From positions 5,566-69,565 of the forward strand of contig JALDRG010000016.1 of the NCBI GenBank assembly GCA_031315995.1: a stretch of DNA of 64,000 bases, written 5' to 3'. Positions 8,943 to 20,900 of this stretch are shown here, one piece after another. Position 1 is the first letter of the stretch. Each line of letters opens with the position of its first letter. Source of the stretch: Nitrospira sp. GTDB taxonomy: Bacteria; Nitrospirota; Nitrospiria; Nitrospirales; Nitrospiraceae. The notes beneath the pieces are model-generated. The model did no database searches. It worked only from the letters and a program-made list of their open reading frames with translations, and had not been told where the DNA came from. Both the position numbers and the translations under genes were made by a program.

Positions 8943-11900
8943 CTACCCACGGCCCGAACCAAACATCTCGTCGACATTCTTCGACGGATGCCCATCGGAC
9001 CCCTCGCCTTGGCTGGACTCCCGTTCAAGCTTCTCACGACGCCTTGCCGCACGCACCACCGGCAAAGGGTCGAAATGGTGCCACGTCGGCATGGTCGCCA
9101 ACAGGCTCGCGAGCAACCAGCCTCCGCGAAGCAGCCACGCCAGATAGCCGACGGACAACACCAAGCTGACTCCGCCCGCCGTCTTGGCCGTCAAGGTCAT
9201 CTGCTCCTGTCGCTCGTCCATCGCCCGCTGCAAAGCCTCCGTCATGGTATTCAGCTCCTTGACGAGAGCCCTCCCCAGTTTGGCCGGGATGTACGTTTCC
9301 TTCACTGCCTCAACCACCCGTTGCGCCTCCTCTCCGATACGCGCAAGGAGTTCAGGTCCAAGCGTATCGAAGAACGGGGCATCGAGTTCCTGTTTGGCGA
9401 CCAACGTTGGCTCACGATCGACTGTCTGAGCGACCAGCAAGGCTGGACGACCGGGGCTAAGTCCTTGGTCCAGGTGCACAGGCAACCCAGCCTCCGGCGT
9501 CGCAGCCGACCCTGCCGGTGGACCACTCGGGGGAGCCGGCGCTGGAGGCCCTGGCGGCGGCTCACCTCCACGCGGCGGGCCGCCAGATGGCGGAGGCCCG
9601 ACCGGCGGCGTGATCGCCCCTTCGAGCACATCCGTGACCGATACGGCCACGGTCTGAACCGCCATGCCCCCATTCCCGTCAGCCACCTGAACCTGGACGA
9701 GATAGACGTTATCGCCATTGGCATCGGCTGGTGCTTCGAAGTCCGGTGCCGCGACAAACGCCAGGTCACCGGTGGCCGCATTAATGGTGAAGCGAGCCGC
9801 ATCCGCCCCGCCCACGATGCTGTATGTCGGCACATCACCGTCCGGATCGGAAGAGGTGACGGAGCCCACGGCGGTCGTATTTTCGACGACGCTATATGCG
9901 CTGGTGGAGGTGATCGTCGGCGGGCTGTTGACCGGCGTGACGGTAATGTTGAAGGTCGTCGCGCCAAGAGATCCGCCGCCTCCGTCATTGACCGTAAAAA
10001 CGAAGCTATCACTCACCGTCTGGGAGCCGTCATGAACGTAGACGAGCTCACCAGCATTGATGTCGGCTTGCGTAAAGGCAGTGATCGCGATGCCGGGAGC
10101 GGTCGTCAATTCCAGTTGTCCGTTGGTCGGCCCGATAGTTACCGTATACGTCAGTTGGACCGGCGTGTTGTCCGGGTCGGTGACCAGTAACTCGGCGGTC
10201 GTGATCGAATCGGTTCCACCCTCCGCTACCGTCGCCCCCCCATTGGTCGCCAGCACCGGCGCGTCGTTGACGGGATCGACGGTGATCGCCACCGTGTCCA
10301 CATCGCTCGCGCTGGTCGTATCCGTGCTCGTCACCGTCAGCGTGTCGGCCCCGGTGTAGTTCACGGTGCCCTGATAGCTGAGCGTGGCCAACGTCGCGTT
10401 GAGATCGGCCTGCGTCCCCGACAAGGTGAGCGTGGCCGTGCCGTTACTGCCTGCGCTGATCGTGGCGCCGCCCTGCAAGGTCACCGTCACGGTGCCGTTC
10501 AAGACCCCCAGCTGCACGGTGCTCAAATTACCGTCCACATCGGTGACCGAGATCCCGCCCAGCGCCAGCGCCGTGTCCTCGTTCACCGTTTGTGCCCCCG
10601 GCACCGTGTTCACCGGCGCGTCGTTGACGGGATCGACGGTGATCGCCACCGTGTCCACATCGCTCGCGCTGGTCGTATCCGTGCTCGTCACCGTCAGCGT
10701 GTCGGCCCCGGTGTAGTTCACGGTGCCCTGATAGCTGAGCGTGGCCAACGTCGCGTTGAGATCGGCTTGCGTCCCCGACAAGGTGAGCGTGGCCGTGCCG
10801 TTACTGCCTGCGCTGATCGTGGCCGCCCCGCTGAGCGTCACGGTGAGCTTGCCCTGCCCCACCCCCAGCTGCACGGTGCTCAAATTACCGTCCACATCGG
10901 TGACCGAGATCCCGCCCAGCGCCAGCGCCGTGTCCTCGTTCACCGTTTGCGCCCCCGGCACCGTGTTCACCGGCGCATCGTTGACCGCTGTGACATCGAT
11001 CGTCAGCGTGTTCGGCGTCCCGTCGAGGTCGCTCCCGCCGTTCGCCGTGCCCCCGTCGTCCTGCACCTGGAAGGTAAAACTTGTGAGCGCGGCCCCGTTG
11101 GCATCTGCAGGAGGCCTATACGTGACCAAGCCGGAGGCAATGTCCCACGCCACCACAAAGTCGTTGGCCGAGATGGTGTTGCCATTCCACCTGAGCGTCC
11201 CCTGCGCGGGCACTGTCGTGAACCACACTCGATCCAAGTTGTGCCCATCCACATCGCTAAAGCCGAAGTCCGCCGGAGCGAAGGTATAGTCCGTATCCTC
11301 CGTGGCCGTGATCGTGCCATTCGCTCCTGCTGGCGCATCGTTGACCGCGGCCACGGTCAGCGTCACCGTCTGCGTCGCGCTCGGCAGGGTCCCGTCATGG
11401 GCCACTACGGTGATCGAGCGGTTGCTCGGCGTCGGCTGGTCGCTCGTGTTGTTGTAGAGAAGGCCTTGCAGCACCGTCTGGTATACCGCCGGCGTGGCCG
11501 ACCCCGTGATCGACAGCACCCCCGTCGCCGCCGTGTAATTCACCGTTAAGCTCGCCCCGGAGGCCGCCGTCGTCGCCGCGCCATTGAGCGAGAGTGACTC
11601 CACGCCATCACCATCGAGCCGCGCCGTCAGCATGACCGTTAATGCGGTCAGAGTGGCCGAGTCCACATCGGTCAGCGTCCCCACCGGTGCAATCAGCACC
11701 GGGGTCTGTTCCGTGAATGCGGTGGTCACATCCTGGCCCGCCCCCCCGGCGTTCAGATCCACCGCCGGCGCATCGTTGGTCGCCACGATAGTGAGGTTCA
11801 CGGTGCCGTCGTTACTATAGGCAACGCCGTCCTCGGCCCTGATGTAGATCGTGCGCGAGGTGGTTGTCGGACTGTCGGACGTGTTCTGATAGCGGATCGT

Positions 11901-14900
11901 GCGCAACACCTGCTCGTAGTGCGCCACCGTATCGCTCCCGCTCAATGTCAGCACTCCGGTATTGGCATCATAGGCCACCGCGATCGAGGTGCCTGTGACG
12001 TCTGCGGTGAGTTGCTCGCTCGCACCGTCGTAGAGTGTGTCGATGCTTGCGGTCAGCCCGGACAACAGCGCGTCGTCGACATCGGTCAAGGTGGCATCGG
12101 CGTCCACAATCGCGACCGCTCCCGCCCCTTCCGTGAAGGTGGCCAAAAAATTGGCACCGGTCGCTCCGGAACTGTTGTCCGCGTCCAAGTCCAGCACCGG
12201 CGCATCGTTGACGGGATCGACGGTGATCGCCACCGTGTCCACATCGCTCGCGCTGGTCGTATCCGTGCTCGTCACCGTCAGCGTGTCGGCCCCGGTGTAG
12301 TTCACGGTGCCCTGATAGCTGAGCGTGGCCAACGTCGCGTTGAGATCGGCCTGCGTCCCCGACAAGGTGAGCGTGGCCGTGCCGTTACTGCCTGCGCTGA
12401 TCGTGGCGCCGCCCTGCAAGGTCACCGTCACGGTGCCGTTCAAGACCCCCAGCTGCACGGTGCTCAAATTACCGTCCACATCGGTGACCGAGATCCCGCC
12501 CAGCGCCAGCGCCGTGTCCTCGTTCACCGTTTGTGCCCCCGGCACCGTGTTCACCGGCGCGTCGTTCACGCCGCTGACCGTCACGGTCGTGTCGTAGTTG
12601 GCGCTGGTGCCGCCGTCCCCATCGGTCAACACATAGCGCACCGTGCGCGCCCCGGTCGTCGGCGCATTCGTGTCGGTGTCTTGATAGGTGATGTTCTGGA
12701 CCAAGGCCGTCACGGCCGTGGGGGTGGCGCTGCCGTTGAACGTAATCACGAGGTTCGTGCCGCTGCTGCCGCCGGTGACGGTCCCGATGGTCACGCCTTG
12801 ATAGGTCACATTGCTGCCGCTCACCCCGATCTGCCCGGCTCCGGTGCCTTGGTTGCGGATGCTGAGCACGTCCTCCGCACTGTCGCTGCCCGCGCTAAAG
12901 CTCACGGTGAGGGTGCCCGTGTTGAAGTCGGCACTGTCCACATCGGCCACCACCGCGTTGCCGCCCTGCTCGATGACCACCGCCCCGTCACCTTCGCTAT
13001 AGGCCAGGCTGTCGCCGCTCAGGTTCGTGATCGTCGGCGCGTCGTTGACGGGATCGACGGTGATCGCCACCGTGTCCACATCGCTCGCGCTGGTCGTATC
13101 CGTGCTCGTCACCGTCAGCGTGTCGGCCCCGGTGTAGTTCACGGTGCCCTGATAGCTGAGCGTGGCCAACGTCGCGTTGAGATCGGCTTGCGTCCCCGAC
13201 AAGGTAAGCGTGGCCGTGCCGTTACTGCCCGCGCTGATCGTGGCGCCGCCCTGCAAGGTCACCGTCACGGTGCCGTTCAAGACCCCCAGCTGCACGGTGC
13301 TCAAATTACCGTCCACATCGGTGACCGAGATCCCCGCCCAGCGCCAGCGCCGTATCCTCGTTCACCGTTTGCGCCCCGGCACCGTGTTCACCGGCGCATC
13401 GTTGACCGCGGCCACGGTCAGCGTCACCGTCTGCGTCGCGCTCGGCAGGGTCCCGTCATGGGCCACTACGGTGATCGAGCGGTTCGAGGTGGTCGGCGTA
13501 TCGCTCGTGTTGTTGTAGAGAAGGCCCTGCAGCACCGTCTGGTATACCGCCGGCGTGGCCGACCCCGTGATCGACAGCACCCCCGTCGCCGCCGTGTAAT
13601 TCACCGTTAAGCTCGCCCCGGAGGCCGCCGTCGTCGCCGCGCCATTGAGCGAGAGTGACTCCACGCCATCACCATCGAGCCGCGCCGTCAGCGTGACCGT
13701 TAATGCGGTCAGAGTGGCCGAGTCCACATCGGTCAGCGTCCCCACCGGTGCAATCAGCACCGGGGTCTGTTCCGTGAATGCGGTGGTCACATCCTGGCCC
13801 GCCCCCCCGGCGTTCAAATCCACCACCGGCGCGTCGTTCACGCCGCTGACCGTCACGGTCGTGTCGTAGTTGGCGCTGGTGCCGCCGTCCCCATCGGTCA
13901 ACACATAGCGCACCGTGCGCCCCGGTCGTCGGCGCATTCGTGTCGGTGTCTTGATAGGTGATGTTCTGGACCAAGGCCGTCACGGCCGTGGTCAACGCTG
14001 GCGTTGAACGTAATCACGAGGTTCGTGCCGCTGCTGCCGCCGGTAGCGGTCGATGGTCACGCCTTGATGAGTCACATTATGCCGCTCACGCCGATCTATC
14101 CGCGGTCGCCAGTTCCGGATGCTGGTACGTCCTCACGCACTGTCGCTGCCCGCGGTAAAGCTCACGGTGAGGGTGCCCGTGTTGAAGTCGGCACTGTCCA
14201 CATCGGCCACCACCGCGTTGCCGCCCTGCTCGATGACCACCGCCCCGTCACCTTCGCTATAGGCCAGGCTGTCGCCGCTCAGGTTCGTGATCGTCGGCGC
14301 ATCGTTGACGCCGCTGACCGTCACGGTCGTGTCGTAGTTGGCGCTGGTGCCGCCGTCCCCATCGGTCAACACATAGCGCACCGTGCGCGCCCCCGTGGTC
14401 GGCGCATTCGTGTCGGTGTCTTGATAGGTGATGTTCTTGACCAGCGCCGTCACCGCCGTGGGGGTGGCGCTGCCGTTGAACGTAATCACGAGGTTCGTGC
14501 CGCTGCTGCCGCCGGTGACGGTCCCGATGGTCACGCCTTGATAGGTCACATTGCTGCCGCTCACCCCGATCTGCCCGGCTCCGGTGCCTTGGTTGCGGAT
14601 GCTGAGCACGTCCTCCGCACTGTCGCTGCCCGCGCTAAAGCTCACGGTGAGGGTGCCCGTGTTGAAGTCGGCACTGTCCACATCGGCCACCACCGCGTTG
14701 CCGCCCTGCTCGATGACCACCGCCCCGTCACCTTCACTATAGGCCAGGCTGTCGCCGCTCAGGTTCGTGATCGTCGGCGCATCATTGACCGCCGTGATAT
14801 TGACTGTCGTGTTGCCCGTCGCGCTCAGTGCCCCGCCTCCGCCCTGGGCACCCGTGTTGCCGTCGTTGAAGGTCCAGTTGATCTGCACAGAAGCCGGCGG

Positions 14901-17900
14901 CGTCGAGCTGTTGTTGGCGTAGGCAATCGCGCGCATCGCCGAATCGACCAGCGTCTGGGTGGCGCCGGCGTTGAAGGTCAGCAGCAGGGTGCCGCCACTG
15001 TTGGTGGTGACCGTGCCGATGGTCGTGCCGTTGAACACGAGCGCGCCGCCCTCGGCCAGCGTCGCCAACAAGCCGGATGCCGAGTAGACGTCCTGGGCAT
15101 TCGCGCCACCGTTGCGCGCGAGGGTCAAGGTCGCGCCGCCGAAGTTGTTCAGCGTGCTCAGTTCGGCATCGAATATCGTCACATCGTTATCGAGCACGAC
15201 CGCCGTCGCTTTTTCGGTGTACGCAATCGTTCCACCAAGGCTATCGCGCGTGTTGAAGCGGCTATCGAGCGTGCCATCGCTGTTATAACGCACGACGGCG
15301 AAGTCATAGTCACCGCCGATGGTCGAGGTCCCGGCAACCACAATCTTGCCGTCCGTCTGCACCAAGACTGACGCACCACGATCGTCACTGCTGCCGCCGA
15401 AGTTGGTGTCTACCTTGCCGGTGCCCGCACCGAAGCTCGTGTCCAGGCTGCCGTTCGCGTTATAGCGCACGACGGCGAAATTATTACCGGCCGTACTGCT
15501 TTGGCCGGCCACCAGGATCTTACCGTCGGCCTGCACGGTCACGCTCTGGGCGAGATCGCTGCTGCTGCCGATGGCGGTTGTGACTTTCCCAGTACTGTTG
15601 AAAGTCGTATCCAGACTTCCGTCGGTATTGTAGCGGACCAGCGCGAAATCGGTTGTGCCACCGGCATCGCTCCATCCGGCAAGAAGAATCCTGCCGTCCG
15701 GCTGCAGGGTGACCTGGTAGCCAGTGTCACTACTGGTCGCGCCCAGATCCGTCAGCACCTTGCCGGTACCGTTGAACGTTGTATCCAGCGTGCCGTTGCT
15801 GTTATAGCGCGCCAAGGCGAAATCAAAGCTGGTGCCGCTAAATGCGAACCCGCCGAGCACGATCCGGCCGTCTGCCTGCAGCGCAATGCTGTACGCGCCA
15901 TCAGTGCCGGCGGCGAAATCGGTCGCGACGAATCCACTCGTACCGAAGCTTGTATCGAGACTGCCATTGCTGTTGAAGCGCGCCAGCCCGAAGTCGGAGT
16001 TGTACTTCCCCGCGACCAGGATTTTGCCGTCGCTTTGCACCGCGACCCCGTTGCCTTCGTCGTTGAAACTAGTGCCCGAGGTTGCGATGCCGTCGCCACC
16101 GCCAAAGCTGCTGTCCAGGCTGCCGTCGGCGTTGTACTGCACCAAGACCATGTCCCAACTGGTTCCGGTGTAGGTACTGCCGGCCACCACAATGCGACCA
16201 TCGGCCAACAGGTAGACGCCTTTCGCAATGTCATCGCTTGCACCGATGACCGTGGTGACCTTGCCGGTGCCGCCACCGAAGCTGGTGTCGAGGCTGCCGT
16301 CGGCGTTGTAGCGCGCGACAGCGATATCCTTGGTGCCGCCGGTCTGCGTGTATCCGACGGCAACGATCTTGCCGTCGGGTTGAATCACCGACGCATTGAT
16401 CAGATCCCACGTGCTGACTGCAAACGCGGTCGTCGTTCGGCCGGTTCCCACTTCGAACGACGGCGCATCATTGGCGGCCGTCACCGTGATCGCCACCGTA
16501 TCCACATCCGTCGCGCTCGTGGCATCCGTGCTCGTCACCGTGTGATGACATCTCGACGCGATTGGGTATGGACCAGCTGGTGACATGCTCGCGTTGAGAT
16601 CGGCTTGCGTCCCCGACAAGGTGAGCGTGGCCGTGCCGTTACTGCCTGCGCTGATCGTGGCGCCGCCCTGCAAGGTCACCGTCACGGTGCCGTTCAAGAC
16701 CCCCAGCTGCACGGTGCTCAAATTACCGTCCACATCGGTGACCGAGATCCCGCCCAGCGCCAGCGCCATTGTCCTCATTGACCGTTTGCGCCCCGGCACC
16801 GTGTTCACCGGCGCATCGTTGACACCGCTGACCGTCACGGTCGTGTCGTAGTTAGCGCTGGTGCCGCCGTCCCATCGGTCAACACATAGCGTACAAATGC
16901 GCGCCCCGGTCGTCGGCGCATTGGTGTCGGTGTCTTGATAGGTGATGTTCTGGACCGACCGTCACGGCCGTCGGCGTGGCGCTGGCGTTCAGCGTAATGA
17001 CGAGGTTCGTGCCGCTGCTGCCGCCGGTGACGGTCCCGATGGTCACGCCTTGATGGTCACATTGCTGCCGCTCACGCCGATCTGCCCCGCCCCGGTGCCT
17101 TGGTTGCGGATGCTGAGGACATCCTCCGCACTGTCGCTGCCCGCGGTAAAGCTCACGGTGAGGGTGCCCGTGTTGAAGTCGGCACTGTCCACATCGGCCA
17201 CCACCGCGTTGCCGCCCTGCTCGATCACCACGGCCCCATCGCCTTCGCTATAGGCCAGGCTGTCGCCGCTCAGGTTCGTGATCGTCGGCGCGACGTTGGT
17301 TGTGTAAGACACGACAAGTTGGGCAGCCGTCGCCGGATCGGTATCATACGCCTGAGAGGCACGGTGGCCAGTCCCGGTGATGATGATCGCTAAATCATTC
17401 CCCGATGCCCATGTGCCCTGATTCACGATTTCCTGCACCACGGAAGAAATGTCCGGCGAGTTGTAATCCAAGCCAGTCGTCCAGTTGGTTGGTGTCCAGG
17501 CGGTGGAAGCGCTGGTCAACGCCCGACTGCTGATATTGCCGCTGGTAGTTGTGAACGTCGGTGCATCGCCAATCAATTGCCCTTTCAATGTCAGGCTGGT
17601 TGCATCACTGTTTGTCATTCCAGAATCCGCTGGTATCGCTCGAAAGACAAGATACGCGTTGGTGATGGTCGCACCGACAGGAATATTCATTCCCGTAAAA
17701 CGGAGCCCGATCTTCTGTACCCCGGCAGTGGGAGACTGGAAGTCGCTCACAAGCTCGATATCACTGCTATTCAGCCACATCCTGTTGGGGGTAGTGCCAG
17801 TTGGTCCTTCTTCTTCGGCGTCGTCACTGGCTGCTGCTACCCTTTGAGTCAATGTAGCGGTATTGGCTACCGAAACGGTGACGGCGAACTCGGAGGTGTT

Positions 17901-20900
17901 GTTACTTGCATCGGTCGCTGTGGCAGTCACCCGATCGCCGAGAACTAATGTGCCGGCGGCAAAAGTAAACGAGAACTGCCGGGCCGTCGCATCGACGGTT
18001 CCGGCCGTGCTACCGCTCACCGTGCCACGACCGATCAAGGTCTGACCCTCGCCATTGACGCCGGCTGCATCTGGACTCTCGAAGAACTCTACGGTGGCGC
18101 CCGGCCGCGCCTCGCCGGTGATGATGACGTTGCCTCCCGATATCACCACGCTGTAGATCACCGGAAAGTTCATCAGATTGTTCGGCCCGGTGTCGCCGTC
18201 GCCGCCATCGTTGGTCGTGACACCGGACGTACCGAGATCGATGCCTAATCCCGTATTGCCGTAAATCGAATTGGACTGGATGGCATTCCCCGTCGTGCCC
18301 GCACCTGTCACACTCACCCCGACGGCGTTGCCTACGATGAGATTGCGTTCATTCGCATCATTGGTGCCGTCGTTGTTGCTGCCAATGAGCGTGCCAGTCG
18401 ATCCCCCTTCTACGCTGATACCATACGTACCGTTGGCGAGAACCGTCGTCCCGTCTGCACCGACACCGATGTAGTTGCCCTGGATGGTGGCACCGGTGCT
18501 CGCATTGCCCACCACGATGCCACTGTACGTATTCGCAGCGATGACATTGCGCGCGGCAGCCGACGAGCCGCCGAAGACGTTACCTGTACCGGCGTTCCAG
18601 AAGGTTGCACCACCGTTGATGTTGCCCAGCGCCAGTAGACCCGTCACGTCGGTACCGAGGTAGTTGCCCTGCAACAGGTTGTTCTGCGAGCCAAACAGCA
18701 CCTCAAAGCCGAAGTGGTTGTTGCCCGAGAGGATGTTTCGCGCGGCGGCAACGGTGCCGCCGACGACGTTGCCGCTGGAGCCGTTGGTCAGGAAGACGCC
18801 GCTTTGCGCCGTGTTGGCGACCGAGCCGTTCACGTCGGCGGTGCCCGCCGCGTTGGTGCCGACGTAGTTACCCGCGATCGTGCTGTTGTCAGCGTTGTCG
18901 AAGTAGATGCCCTGCTCGGCGTTGCCCGAGATCACGTTGCGCTCGGCGGCATCGTTCGTGCCATCGGCGTTGGTGCCGATCAACAGGCCCGTCGCGTTGA
19001 GTGCGTAGATGCCTTTGACGCCGTTAGCGGCGACCGCGGTGCCCGCCGCGTTCAGGCCGATCCAGTTGCCCTGGATGACATGATTGTTCGAATTCTGGAT
19101 TTCGATGCCCGTGCCGGTAAAGCGGTTGACGATCAGACCGCGTACCGTGCTGCCGCTGCTGCCGGCGTCGAGGAACAGGCCCCTGACACCGCCGCTGACG
19201 TTGTTGCCGTTCAGTTCGATCACCGGCGTGCCGGCGAAGTCGGGCTCGCTCCAGCCGTTGATGACCACGGGGCTGGTGATGGTGGGTATCGCGTCGGGTG
19301 TCGTGCCGGCGTCGGGGCCGTCGTAGCTGAGCGTGATCGTGTGTACACCGCCGACCAGTGCGGCCGTGATATCGAAATAGATGTAGTCCGTGCCGCTCGA
19401 GGCATTCGCTGCCGTGATGGCTTCACGCAATGAGATATGACCATCGGCTCCTGGGTTGGCGATCAGATTGGCGACGGATGTGGTTGTCCCATCTACTGTA
19501 TCGTTGGTGGTGCTCACCACGAGCCCTGCGCGAGGTCCAAATTCCGAGGTGCTGCCGTAGGTGCCGCCGCCTAAGTCACGCGTAGCGGTGGCGCTGATGC
19601 GCGTGATCGACGTAGCCGTCACACTATTCAAGGTGCCGGTGAAAGTCTGTGCGCCGCTGCCGGTGCTGGTGACCGATAAAGCACCCAAGAAAACCTGCCC
19701 TTCGCCGTAGCGGCTCGAGTCGATGCCGGAGGGATTCTCAAAAAGCTCGATGCGGTAGGTACCGGCTGGCACGTCCAGCACCAGGGTGACATCCAAGTTC
19801 GCCCCGTTCTGCACTATCTTTGTGATGATGGGAAAGTTAAGCAAGCCGTTGGCGCCGCTGTCCCCGTCGCCGCTGTCGTTGACAGTGACACCGTCGGTGC
19901 CAAGGTCGATGCCGAGCTGCGAGTTGCCGAGGATCGAGTTGCCGAGGATCGTGACGCCCGTGGATGCGGACGTCACGTTCACGCCGTAGGTGTTGTTCGC
20001 GATCAGGTTGCCGGCGCCGTTCGAGGTTCCGCCGATCGTGATGCTGCTGGCGCCGGCCACCGAGATGCCGCCGTAGTAGTTGCCGAGCGCCGTGGTGCCG
20101 TCGGCACCGACACCGATGTAGTTGCCCTGGATCACGTGTCCGCTGCCGCCGCTGATATAAATGCCGTCGGCGCTCAACGCGCCGTTGTTCTGCGCGGCGA
20201 TGATGTTGCGGTCGGCTGCGCTGGTGCCGCCGATCGTGGTGCTCACGGCGTTTAGCAGCGCGATTCCGTCGTGCTCGTTGCGCAGCGCGACGTTGCCGGT
20301 CGCATCGACACCGATCCAATTGCCGGCGATTAAGTTGACAGCGACGCCCGTGGCGACGATGCCGATGTCATTGTTGCCCGACACCAGGTTGTCGCGCACC
20401 GTGTTCGAGCCGCCTGTGATGCTGATGCCGGCGCCGGTATTGCCGACGTCGACGGTGCCGGCGGCATTGGTGCCGATGTAGTTGCCCTGTACGGTATTGC
20501 TTCCAGTACCGGCCAGTTGAACGCCGGCAAGGGCGTTGCCAGAAATGACGTTGCGCGCGCCTGTGGTCGTGCCACCGATCAGATTGCCCGTCGCGCTGCC
20601 CTGAATCTGGACACCGTCGCTGGACCGGTTGCCGCGATTAAGGGTGCCGGTGGCATCCGTGCCGATGTAGTTGCCCTGTACGATGTTGTTGGACGTGTTG
20701 ATCTCGATGCCCTCGAACATCCTCGAGATCACGTTGCGTGCGGCGGCCGTCGTGCCGCCGATGATGTTGCCAGTTCCCGAGATGATGGCGATGCCGACGT
20801 CGCCCAGTCCATTGTTGGTCGACCCGTCAGGATCCAGACCGATGTAGTTGCCTTGGATCAGGTGGCCGGTCACACCCGATCCCACGATGTCGATGCCTTC

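Noticed and set aside
8943-10250. RTX-type T1SS secretion signal in the adhesin
   Set aside because: No GGxGxDxL nonapeptides; the C-terminus is a Pro linker plus a hydrophobic helix.
7998-16583. Long plus-strand ORFs (7998..10190, 10590..11549, 11919..13610, 14004..15371, 15501..16583)
   Set aside because: Antisense shadows of GC-rich minus-strand genes; Arg/His-rich with no recognisable motifs.
10258-17290. Recurring direct repeats as a CRISPR array or mobile element
   Set aside because: Units are 360-480 bp, in frame and protein-coding; no spacers, cas genes or transposase.
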